From the NCBI GenBank assembly GCA_038999725.1, contig JAWBWS010000003.1, forward strand, positions 29,464 through 93,463: DNA of 64,000 nucleotides. Reading direction: 5' to 3'. Each line of letters begins with the position of its first letter. Position 1 is the stretch's first letter. The notes under the pieces were generated by a model that worked only from the letters and a program-made list of their open reading frames with translations, was not told the DNA's origin and ran no database searches. The translations under genes were made by a program, and so were the position numbers. This DNA is from Candidatus Aenigmatarchaeota archaeon (GTDB lineage Archaea; Aenigmatarchaeota; Aenigmatarchaeia; CG10238-14; SCSR01). Below, one piece after another: positions 56,411 through 64,000 of the stretch.

Positions 56411-56500
56411 GCGCCAGTGGTCCAGCCTGGTCTAAGACCCGAGCCTTCCAAGCTCGAGACGGGGGTTCAAAAGGTAAACCTGAAATTCCCCCCTGGCGCA
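56411..56500 (+). tRNA. tRNA-Gly (anticodon UCC) with a putative ~15-nt non-canonical intron in the T-loop
   Basis: Acceptor GCGCCAG/CTGGCGC, D-loop with GG, anticodon stem CGAGC/GCTCG with loop CTTCCAA, T-stem GGGGG/CCCCC. The T-loop region is 22 nt (TTCAAA-aggtaaacctgaaat-T) instead of 7. Confidence 0.55.
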
Positions 56501-56510
56501 TGTTTTTGTT
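56501..56510 (+). terminator. T-rich tract (tgtttttgtt) immediately 3' of tRNA-Gly
   Basis: An oligo-T archaeal termination signal. Confidence 0.3.
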
Positions 56511-56530
56511 GATATCCTTAAATAGAGAAA

Positions 56531-57250
56531 TTAAAAAGGGTTGATTTTTAATTTTTTTAATCTTCTTGCCACATGAGGATAAATTATGAGAGTTTCAAAT
56601 TCAATTTTCTTTGGCAAACTTTCATCTATTTCTTTCAATTTTCTCTTGAGAAAGTCAATGTTTTTCTTATCCACAAGATCAATTAAAACAGCTGGATGGC
56701 AAGGAATTTGATGGGTAATACAATATTCCAGAGCCTTAAGCTGAAGGTTGAAAGCTTCAGGCTTTGCTCCAGTTAGCTTTGAAAATTCCTCTTCATCACA
56801 ACCTTTTAAAGAAATCCTGACATACAAATTTTCAAATTTCTTAAGCTCTTTCACATAACCCTCATCACTTCCAAGCAAAATACCATTCGTCTCAAGAATG
56901 AAAGTTAAGTTTTTTGGAATTTTCTCCAACACAGAAATTAAATGCTCTCTTGAGATTGTTGGCTCATTCCCTGTTATCCTCACTTGTTTAAACCCAAATT
57001 TTCTAGCAATTTCAACAAGCTTTGAGGCAACTTCTTCTGGAGAATAGAATTTTCCAATTTTCCCCTCCCTTACCAAATCATTGCTCCAGCAATAAACACA
57101 ACGCAAATTACAACCACAAACATCAGCACTGCTACACCCCAAATAAAAACGTGCTGGTCTAAACCGGTAATATTTTCTATAAACTTTTCCCCCTCTCCTC
57201 CTTGCTACTTTCCTTTCAACATTTTTTGATAACTCAAGTGGATTGTACAC
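56531..57250 (-). CDS. radical SAM enzyme (QueE-like 7-carboxy-7-deazaguanine synthase candidate)
   Basis: CGCNLRCVYCW contains CxxxCxxC followed by W, as in QueE-type small radical SAM proteins; 239 aa. Confidence 0.6.
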   Translation of the reverse strand: MYNPLELSKNVERKVARRRGGKVYRKYYRFRPARFYLGCSSADVCGCNLRCVYCWSNDLVREGKIGKFYSPEEVASKLVEIARKFGFKQVRITGNEPTISREHLISVLEKIPKNLTFILETNGILLGSDEGYVKELKKFENLYVRISLKGCDEEEFSKLTGAKPEAFNLQLKALEYCITHQIPCHPAVLIDLVDKKNIDFLKRKLKEIDESLPKKIEFETLIIYPHVARRLKKLKINPF

Positions 57251-57325
57251 GAAATAATCTTAAAAAGGAGAAAATTTAATCTTTTTAAATCAAATATTCT
57301 TTAAACTATTGTATAAGGTGGTAAC

Positions 57326-57712
57326 TTGAACAAAGACAATTTGGCGGACGCTTTAGTGGCAATAAAGAATGCTGAGAGGGTTGGGAAAAAGGAATGTGTT
57401 ATACCTGCCTCTAAACTTATAAAAGCTGTTTTGAACATTTTGCGGGAAAAGAATTACATAGGCTCTTTTGAGTTCATAGATGATGGGAAATCAGGGAAAT
57501 TCAGGGTAGAGCTCAAAGGTAAAATAATAGATTGTAACGCAATTAAACCAAGATTTTCTGTAAGGGTAGACGAGTTTGAAAAATTTGAGAAAAGATTTTT
57601 ACCTGCGAGAGACATGGGCATGTTGATAGTCTCAACTCCAAAAGGAGTAGTTGACCACAAAAAGGCAAAAGAGATGAGGAGTGGTGGAAAACTTCTGGCT
57701 TATTGCTATTAG
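57326..57712 (+). CDS. rps8: 30S ribosomal protein S8 (uS8)
   Basis: [60 protein letters not shown]. Confidence 0.9.
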   Translation: MNKDNLADALVAIKNAERVGKKECVIPASKLIKAVLNILREKNYIGSFEFIDDGKSGKFRVELKGKIIDCNAIKPRFSVRVDEFEKFEKRFLPARDMGMLIVSTPKGVVDHKKAKEMRSGGKLLAYCY

Positions 57713-58242
57713 TGATTTTTATGATTTCGGTTGAGGTGAAAATCCCGGAAAACGTGAAAGTTGAAGTTGAAGGGTCGAAAGTGAAAGTTTCTGGGGAGAA
57801 AGGAGAGCTTGAAAGAAGTTTCCCTGAGAAAGGAATAAGAATTGAATTGGTTGAGGGGAAAATAGTTGTTTCTTCAGAATCGGATAGAAAGCGCTTCAGG
57901 GCTTTGGTTGGGACAATCTCCGCTCACATAAGGAATATGATAGAAGGGGTTACAAAAGGCTTCACTTACAAGCTCAGAGTTGTTTATTCTCATTTTCCAA
58001 TAACAGTTAAAGTTGAGGGTGAAAAAGTTTTAATTCACAATTTTTTGGGTGAGCGTGTACCAAGAGTTGCAAAAATTGTTGGTAAAACTCAAGTTAAAGT
58101 GGAAGGTCAAGAAATTACAGTCTCGGGAATAAATTTGGAGGAGGTTGGCCAAACCGCAGCCAACATAGAGCAAGCTACAAGAATCGTGGGTTATGATAGA
58201 AGAAGGTTTATGGATGGTATTTTTTTAGTGAGTCGTGAATAA
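57703..58242 (+). CDS. rpl6: 50S ribosomal protein L6 (uL6)
   Basis: Two-domain L6 pattern; follows S8. Confidence 0.9.
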   Translation: MLLVIFMISVEVKIPENVKVEVEGSKVKVSGEKGELERSFPEKGIRIELVEGKIVVSSESDRKRFRALVGTISAHIRNMIEGVTKGFTYKLRVVYSHFPITVKVEGEKVLIHNFLGERVPRVAKIVGKTQVKVEGQEITVSGINLEEVGQTAANIEQATRIVGYDRRRFMDGIFLVSRE

Positions 58243-58334
58243 AATCTTCATCAAAATGTGTTTATGAGCCAGTTATAAGCGAAAGGGACTAATTTAATTT
58301 AATTTTTAACTCTAATTTTTTACTTAGTGATGGA

Positions 58335-58790
58335 TTGAGGGCAAGGTTCCCTACAGTTGACATAATAATTGAAAAAGGTAGTAAGATTGTTTTGATTAAG
58401 AGAAAGAAAGAACCTTTTAAAGACAAGTGGGTCTTACCTGGTGGCCATGTTGAAGAAAATGAAACTGTAGAAGAGGCTGCAATTAGGGAAGCTAAAGAAG
58501 AAACTTCTCTTGATGTTAAGCTAAAGGGAATTCTTGGTGTTTATTCTGATCCTAAGAGAGACCCGAGATATCTGACCATCTCAACTGTTTTTATAGTTAA
58601 GCCATTGAGTAAAAAAATTAAAGCTGGCTCTGATGCTGCAAAAGTGGAGTGGATTGATGTGAGGAAAATTGATTGGAATAATCTTGGTTTTGATCACTTA
58701 AAAATTTTAAAGGATTACTTAAAATATAAGTATAGGAAAGGGACTTATTGGTCTAAAAAGTGGGATCATGAACCCAAGAAAAAAACCTGA
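58335..58790 (+). CDS. NUDIX hydrolase
   Basis: Nudix box GGHVEENETVEEAAIREAKEETSL. Confidence 0.75.
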   Translation: MRARFPTVDIIIEKGSKIVLIKRKKEPFKDKWVLPGGHVEENETVEEAAIREAKEETSLDVKLKGILGVYSDPKRDPRYLTISTVFIVKPLSKKIKAGSDAAKVEWIDVRKIDWNNLGFDHLKILKDYLKYKYRKGTYWSKKWDHEPKKKT

Positions 58791-59106
58791 ATTCAAGAGA
58801 TGGATGAGTGAAAGTTTGAAAAGGCTTAAGCCAAGCTGGAGAAGACCAAGAGGAATGCACAGCAAGATAAGGATAAGAAAAAAAGGAAAGCCCAAGATGC
58901 CAAGCATTGGCTATGGTGCACCAAAAAGTTTAAGATTTCTCCATCCTTCAGGCTTTCAAGAGGTTTTGGTTTCAAACTTGAAAGATTTGGAAAAAGTTAA
59001 TCCTAGCAAGCAAGCCATAAGAATTGCTCATACGGTTGGGAGGAAAAAAAGACAAGAAATCCTGAAGAAGGCTGAAGAGCTGAAGATAAAAGTTTTGAAT
59101 CCCTAA
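58768..59106 (+). CDS. rpl32e: 50S ribosomal protein L32e
   Basis: KRLKPSWRRPRGMHSKIRIRKKGKPKMPSIGYGAPKSLRFLHPSGF. Confidence 0.85.
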   Translation: MNPRKKPEFKRWMSESLKRLKPSWRRPRGMHSKIRIRKKGKPKMPSIGYGAPKSLRFLHPSGFQEVLVSNLKDLEKVNPSKQAIRIAHTVGRKKRQEILKKAEELKIKVLNP

Positions 59107-59292
59107 TTTTTTCTTTTGAATCATAAAGAATAGATAAGGCCAGGATTGCTTTAAAGTGATTATTTAAAAATAACTTTTTAAACAACTTACAATTTCAAAT
59201 TGTTTGATTCCCATGGAAATATTGGAAATTTACTTCCCAAAAAAAGGATACAAGAAGACACTAAATTTTCTTTGAAGAAGAATTGAAAAGGA

Positions 59293-60375
59293 ATGAGAAA
59301 AATGATGAGAAGTGGAGTAGCAGAATTACCTCTTCACTGGGGGAAAGCTCCTAAATGGCTCTTTAATAGGATGGTCAAGCTAGGTAGAACCATTAGTGAA
59401 GTAGTTATCCTTGAATATGGAAGGGATGAATTTTTAAGAAGAATTTCAGACCCATTTTGGTTTCAAGCTTTGGGTTGTGTGATGGGTTGGGATTGGCACA
59501 GCTCAGGCCTGACCACAACTGTCACAGGAGCTTTAAAAGAAGCCAACTTGAAAGAATTTGGAATTGCTGTTCTTGGTGGAAAAGGCAAAGCCAGCAGGAA
59601 AACTCCTTCTGAGATTGAAGTTGTGGGAGAGGAATTTTCTCTCAGTGATAAAAAAATTGAAGAATTGAAGAAAGCTAGCAAGTTGGTTGCAAAAGTTGAT
59701 AATGTTGCCTTACAAGATGGTTTCCAGCTTTACCATCATGCTTTTCTTGTGACTGAAGAAGGAAAATGGGCAGTGATTCAACAAGGCATGAATCCTGAGA
59801 GCAGATATGCAAGGCGTTACCATTGGCTTTCAGAAAAAGTTAAATCTTTTGTTAGTGAGCCTCATTTAGCAATTTGTTGTGACATTAAAACCCAAGCTCT
59901 AAATATGGTTGCCAAAGAGAGTGAAGAAGCCAGAAAATGCTCTGTAGATTTAGTTAAAGATAATCCCATACATTTGAGAAAATACCTTGTCCCAAACAGA
60001 GAGCAAAAGACGATATTCAAATATTTACAAATGCCCCTAAAGCATGAGATTGAACTCAACAACTACAAAGCTTTACAAGAAGCTTTTGAACAGCAGCCAA
60101 AAGATTATGAGGAACTCTTACAAATCAAAGGAATCGGGCCGAAGACTGTGAGAGCTTTGGCTTTGATAAGTAGTTTGATTTTTGGAGCAGAATTAAGTTG
60201 GCGCGATCCTGTTAAATATTCTTTTGCGCATGGGGGTAAAGATGGGCATCCTTACCCTCTAGACAGAAAGACTTACGATGAATCTATTCAATTGCTTCAA
60301 AATGCTATTCAACAAGCAAAACTTAACCAAATGGAGAAAATTGAAGCGATAAAAAGATTAAATGTTTTTTATTGA
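59293..60375 (+). CDS. conserved archaeal hypothetical protein (DUF763-like) with C-terminal helix-hairpin-helix motif
   Basis: N-terminal LPLHWGKAPKWLFNRM; HhH IKGIGPKTVRALALISSLIFG. Confidence 0.4.
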   Translation: MRKMMRSGVAELPLHWGKAPKWLFNRMVKLGRTISEVVILEYGRDEFLRRISDPFWFQALGCVMGWDWHSSGLTTTVTGALKEANLKEFGIAVLGGKGKASRKTPSEIEVVGEEFSLSDKKIEELKKASKLVAKVDNVALQDGFQLYHHAFLVTEEGKWAVIQQGMNPESRYARRYHWLSEKVKSFVSEPHLAICCDIKTQALNMVAKESEEARKCSVDLVKDNPIHLRKYLVPNREQKTIFKYLQMPLKHEIELNNYKALQEAFEQQPKDYEELLQIKGIGPKTVRALALISSLIFGAELSWRDPVKYSFAHGGKDGHPYPLDRKTYDESIQLLQNAIQQAKLNQMEKIEAIKRLNVFY

Positions 60376-60546
60376 AATTTTTGAAATATCTTGGTAAAAC
60401 ACATTCAGCTCCCATTTCTTCATACACAATGGAAGAACCACCGATGACTTTCATAAGTTGGTTTAAGATTAAAGAATAAAAATTTAACTTTTCAAAAGAA
60501 GGCTTAAAATAATTTAATTATTCAGCTCACTAATATAGTTGTATAG

Positions 60547-60981
60547 TTGGTAGATGACATGTCAAACTTGCAGAAAAAGCTTGCAGCCCAGATATTGAAA
60601 GTTGGTGAGAGTAGAGTATGGTTAGACCCGAGTAAGCAGAAAGAGATAGAGGCTGCCATAACAAAAGCCGATGTCAGAAAGCTGATACAAAAAGGCTACA
60701 TCAAAGCCTTGCCAGAAAAAATTCACAAACCAAAAGAAGAAGGAAGGAAGAAAAGGGGACCTGGAAGCAGGAAAGGAGCTAGTGGAGCGATAATGCCGAG
60801 AAAAAGGAGGTGGATCTCAACTGTAAGACCCTTGAGAGAAATGCTTAAAGAGTTGAGAGATGAAGGTAAGATTGATAGAGCAACTTATCATATGCTTTAC
60901 AAGTTGGTAAAGGGAGGAATGTTCAGGAGCAGAAGCCACCTGAAAATTTATTTAGAGCAGCATGATTTGATAAAAAGGTGA
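60547..60981 (+). CDS. rpl19e: 50S ribosomal protein L19e
   Basis: LQKKLAAQILKVGESRVWLDP... Confidence 0.85.
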   Translation: MVDDMSNLQKKLAAQILKVGESRVWLDPSKQKEIEAAITKADVRKLIQKGYIKALPEKIHKPKEEGRKKRGPGSRKGASGAIMPRKRRWISTVRPLREMLKELRDEGKIDRATYHMLYKLVKGGMFRSRSHLKIYLEQHDLIKR

Positions 60982-60985
60982 TGCT

Positions 60986-61501
60986 GTGAAACTTAGCCCA
61001 ACCTACAAAATGCCTTTTAAGAGGAGAAGGCTTGGCAAAACTGATTACAGAAGAAGGTTAAAGCTTCTGTTGAGTAAAAAACCAAGGCTTGTTGTGAGGA
61101 GAAGCTTGAAATACATACTTGCTCAAATAGTTGAATTCTCCCCAAAGGGGGATAAAACTTTGGTATCAGCAAGCTCAAAGGAACTGAAAAAACTTGGATG
61201 GAACTTTGCTTGCGATAATTTACCAGCAGCCTATTTAACAGGCTTGTTGATAGGTAAGAGGTCCTTGGCAAAGGGAATAAAAAATGCTGTTTTAGATTCT
61301 GGTCTTTATTCTTCAACAAAAGGCAACAGAATTTTTGCTGTTGTGAAAGGGGCGAGAGACGCTGGTCTTGAAGTTCCTGTTAGTGAAGAGGTTCTCCCAA
61401 GTGAAGAAAGGATAAAGGGTTTGCATATAGCAAGCTATTTGGAGAGATTCAAATCCATGCCAGAAAAATTTGAAGAGATAAAAAATAAGATTGGTGGTTG
61501 A
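60986..61501 (+). CDS. rpl18: 50S ribosomal protein L18 (uL18)
   Basis: FKRRRLGKTDYRRRLKLLLSKKPRLVVRRSLKYILAQIVEF. Confidence 0.85.
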   Translation: MKLSPTYKMPFKRRRLGKTDYRRRLKLLLSKKPRLVVRRSLKYILAQIVEFSPKGDKTLVSASSKELKKLGWNFACDNLPAAYLTGLLIGKRSLAKGIKNAVLDSGLYSSTKGNRIFAVVKGARDAGLEVPVSEEVLPSEERIKGLHIASYLERFKSMPEKFEEIKNKIGG

Positions 61502-62278
61502 ATGGCAGAAGAGGAGAAGAATGAAGAAATAGTGAAAGAGGAAGAGGCACCGAAAGAAGAGGAGAGAAAGATAGAAAAAATACCAACAGAAGAGGAAGTT
61601 CCTACAGGAGAAGAAGTTAAGCTTGTTGTACCAACTCCCCTTGAAAAATGGGTACCAAGAACAAGCTTAGGAAAAGAAGTTTTTGAGGGCAAGATCACAA
61701 ATATAGAAGAAATTTTTAAGGCGGGCAAGATTATAAGAGAACCAGAAATTATAGATAAACTTCTACCCAATCTTAAGAGTGAGATAATCTTGATAGGCAG
61801 GAGGACAGGAAAGGGAGGGGGAGCTCAAAGAATCCCTATCAGGATAACAGCAACGATGCATAAATCTGGAAGAAGGTTTAAGGCTTCTGCTTTTTCTGTT
61901 GTCGGGAATGAAGATGGTATTGTTGGTGTGGGAAAGGGGGCGGCACCAGAACCCAGAGATGCAATAGCAAAGGCTATTCAGAGAGCCAAACTGAATTTAA
62001 TAAAAATTAAGCGTGGATGTGGAAGTTGGGAATGTGGTTGTGGAGAAGAGCATTCTATCCCCTTCAAAGTTGAGGGGAAAAGTGGTTCTGTTAGAGTTGT
62101 GCTCATGCCTGCACCAAAGGGTGTTGGTATTGTTGCCGATGATGAATCCAAAAAGATTTTAAGGCTTGCTGGTATAAAGGATGTGTGGGTTAAGACTTTT
62201 GGGAATACAAGCATGAGAATAAATCTTATAACTGCAATTTACAATGCCCTTAAGAATCTTTACATCTACGAGAGGTGA
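61502..62278 (+). CDS. rps5: 30S ribosomal protein S5 (uS5) with acidic N-terminal extension
   Basis: RIPIRITATMHKSGRRFKASAFSVVGNEDGIVGVGKGAAPEPRDAIAKAIQRAK. Confidence 0.9.
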   Translation: MAEEEKNEEIVKEEEAPKEEERKIEKIPTEEEVPTGEEVKLVVPTPLEKWVPRTSLGKEVFEGKITNIEEIFKAGKIIREPEIIDKLLPNLKSEIILIGRRTGKGGGAQRIPIRITATMHKSGRRFKASAFSVVGNEDGIVGVGKGAAPEPRDAIAKAIQRAKLNLIKIKRGCGSWECGCGEEHSIPFKVEGKSGSVRVVLMPAPKGVGIVADDESKKILRLAGIKDVWVKTFGNTSMRINLITAIYNALKNLYIYER

Positions 62279-62739
62279 AGCAAGTGTTTGCTGTCATCAG
62301 GATAAGGGGGGAGGCAGGATTGAGAAAAGAGGTTAGAGATACTTTGCAAATGCTTCGTTTAAAAGCTCCAAACAATTGTGTTCTCATACCAGAAACAGAA
62401 AGTTATAAGGGTATGTTGCAAAAGTGCAAAGACGTGTGCACGTGGGGAGAAATAGAAAAGAGTACTTTAATAAAACTCTTGCAGAAAAGGTTGAGAGCAG
62501 AAGGGGATAAAAGGGTTGATGAAAAGCTGCTTAAAGAAATCACAAACTTCAACTCTTTTGAGGAATTTGCTGATGCTTTGCTTTCAGGTAGAGTAAAATT
62601 GAAAGATTTCAAGCTTAAACCTGTCTTCAGGCTTACACCACCTAGCAAAGGCTTCAAGTCTGTGAAAGATGCTTGGCCAAAGGGTGATTTAGGCTATAGG
62701 GGGAAAGAAATAAATGAGTTGATAGAGAGGATGATTTGA
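62275..62739 (+). CDS. rpl30: 50S ribosomal protein L30 (uL30)
   Basis: FAVIRIRGEAGLRKEVRDTLQMLRL. Confidence 0.85.
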   Translation: MKQVFAVIRIRGEAGLRKEVRDTLQMLRLKAPNNCVLIPETESYKGMLQKCKDVCTWGEIEKSTLIKLLQKRLRAEGDKRVDEKLLKEITNFNSFEEFADALLSGRVKLKDFKLKPVFRLTPPSKGFKSVKDAWPKGDLGYRGKEINELIERMI

Positions 62740-63149
62740 ACATGAATTGGATTGTTTTATCTTTACTAGCTTTGGTTTTGTATGGAGTCTGGGGATTTTT
62801 CATAAAACTTTCTACACTCCATCTTAATTGGAAACAATGTATAATAATTTCCTCCTTGGGAATACTTACCATCAACATTCTAATTTACTCCTTCTATAGA
62901 CCAGAAATAAATTGGAGGTTGAGAGGCTCAAAATATGCTTTAGTTGCTGGTATCATTGTTGCCATTTCTTCAATTTTCTTTTTCCTAGCTATAGAATCAG
63001 GAAAAGCTTCTATTGTAATAGCTTTAACTGGGCTTTATCCAATCGTGACACTAGTTCTTGCATATTTATTTTTACATGAGCAACTCTCACTAGTTCAAAC
63101 CATTGGAATTATTTTAGCTCTGATAGCTATAGTTTTAATGTCTGTGTGA
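62736..63149 (+). CDS. small 4-TM EamA/DMT-superfamily membrane protein
   Basis: 137 aa with four hydrophobic helices and an EamA-like half-transporter pattern. Confidence 0.55.
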   Translation: MNMNWIVLSLLALVLYGVWGFFIKLSTLHLNWKQCIIISSLGILTINILIYSFYRPEINWRLRGSKYALVAGIIVAISSIFFFLAIESGKASIVIALTGLYPIVTLVLAYLFLHEQLSLVQTIGIILALIAIVLMSV

Positions 63150-63154
63150 TTTGA

Positions 63155-63571
63155 ATGGTTGTAAGAAAAGAGAAGAAGCATAGGAAATTTAGAGGAAGAA
63201 GAACTTATCATGGTAGCCATAAGAAAGCAAGAGGAGGAGGCTCGAGAGGGGGAAGAGGTAAGGCAGGCATGCACAAGCACAAGTGGAGTTATACTGTGAA
63301 ATATGAGCCAGATCATTTTGGGAAAATTGGATTTAAGCCTGTAAAGAGAAGAGAAGTGAAGGTAATAAACTTAGAAGAATTGGATAAAATTGCAAGAGAA
63401 AAAAATTTGGAAAAAATCAATGTGGTAGAACTTGGATTTGAAAAGGTCTTGGGTAAAGGTAAACTCTCAAAGCCGCTAACAGTAGAAGCAATAGAATTCT
63501 CGAAAAAAGCTGTGAAAAAAATAGAGGAAGTTGGAGGGAAAGTTGTTAAATTGGAAAGTGAAGGAAAATGA
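63155..63571 (+). CDS. rpl15: 50S ribosomal protein L15 (uL15)
   Basis: Gly/Arg-rich N-terminus RGGGSRGGRGKAGMHKHKW. Confidence 0.85.
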   Translation: MVVRKEKKHRKFRGRRTYHGSHKKARGGGSRGGRGKAGMHKHKWSYTVKYEPDHFGKIGFKPVKRREVKVINLEELDKIAREKNLEKINVVELGFEKVLGKGKLSKPLTVEAIEFSKKAVKKIEEVGGKVVKLESEGK

Positions 63572-64000
63572 ATGAAGAAAAACAGGATTTGGAAAAAAAG
63601 ATAGCAAGATTTTTGCCAAGCGTGAAAAGACCAACCTATCAACTTCCCTTCAACACAAAACTGAAATGGACTGCTCTTGCTTTGCTCATGTACTTAACTT
63701 TATCTTACATCACAATCTATGGTGTTGAAAAAGCTTCTTATGAGCACTTTAGGTTTTATGAGATTGTTTTGGGTTCTAAATTTGGAAGTGTGATGACTTT
63801 AGGTATAGGACCAATAGTCACAGGTGGAATAATCTTACAACTTTTGGTTGGAGCCAAAATCATAAATTGGGACATGACGAAAGAAGAAGGAAGAAGTAAA
63901 TTTCAGACATGGAGCAAATTCTTAGCTTTGGTCTTCTGTGTGGTTGAGGCAGTCGGATTGGTAATAGCAGGGGCTTTGCCAATAACAGGTGGGTTTTTAA
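63568..64000 (+). CDS. secY: preprotein translocase SecY (Sec61 alpha), 3'-partial (runs off window)
   Basis: Hand translation MNEEKQDLEKKIARFLPSVKRPTYQLPFNTKLKWTALALLMYLTLSYITIYGVE...LGIGPIVTGGIILQLLVGAKII; ATG overlaps the L15 stop. Confidence 0.85.
   Translation, partial: MNEEKQDLEKKIARFLPSVKRPTYQLPFNTKLKWTALALLMYLTLSYITIYGVEKASYEHFRFYEIVLGSKFGSVMTLGIGPIVTGGIILQLLVGAKIINWDMTKEEGRSKFQTWSKFLALVFCVVEAVGLVIAGALPITGGFL

Overview
The window is an AT-rich archaeal chromosomal segment of roughly one-third GC. The lineage is assigned from the archaeal-type ribosomal proteins L40e, L44e, S27e, L32e, L19e and S4e, and from PCNA, TFS, PriS, Gins51, an archaeal-type phosphoglycerate mutase and a TIP49-like ATPase. 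It reads as five blocks. (1) 1-4.2 kb: a tRNA-Ser(GGA), then a cargo-like block of Cys-rich zinc-ribbon proteins, an Lrp/AsnC regulator, an AbrB/SpoVT-RelE/ParE type II toxin-antitoxin pair and a 3'-truncated tyrosine recombinase. This looks like a decayed integrated element. (2) 4.2-10.4 kb: two secreted, membrane-anchored surface proteins. One is a 1592-aa S8 subtilase with more than forty N-glycosylation sequons. The other is a GY-repeat, Thr/Pro-repeat protein. Both share a homologous C-terminal domain, linker and TM anchor. (3) 10.4-26.4 kb: a surface-glycan biosynthesis island with a Wzx-like flippase, two GT-C type membrane proteins (one 1336 aa), five GT2 and two GT4 glycosyltransferases, a sugar nucleotidyltransferase, a SAM methyltransferase and an HprK-like P-loop protein. 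The island carries clear traces of internal segmental duplication and recombination: a truncated nucleotidyltransferase paralog, a 29-aa GT2 N-terminal remnant, and an exact 29-bp junction repeat. (4) 26.4-47.9 kb: housekeeping genes, namely TIP49, a zinc-ribbon/Hsp20-like protein, an HPF-like protein, PCNA, TFS, signal peptidase, L40e, PriS, Gins51, L44e, S27e, sHSP, MgtE, RtcA, enolase, aPGM, a beta-CASP nuclease, TyrRS, an APC permease, SerRS and a FlaK-like peptidase. (5) 47.9-64 kb: the large ribosomal-protein cluster, which is split and inverted. L3 through S14 lie on the minus strand and S8 through SecY on the plus strand. A HIT protein, a tRNA-Gly(UCC) with a probable T-loop intron and a radical-SAM gene sit at the pivot. 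Several non-ribosomal genes are inserted in the cluster. No CRISPR array and no rRNA gene were seen.
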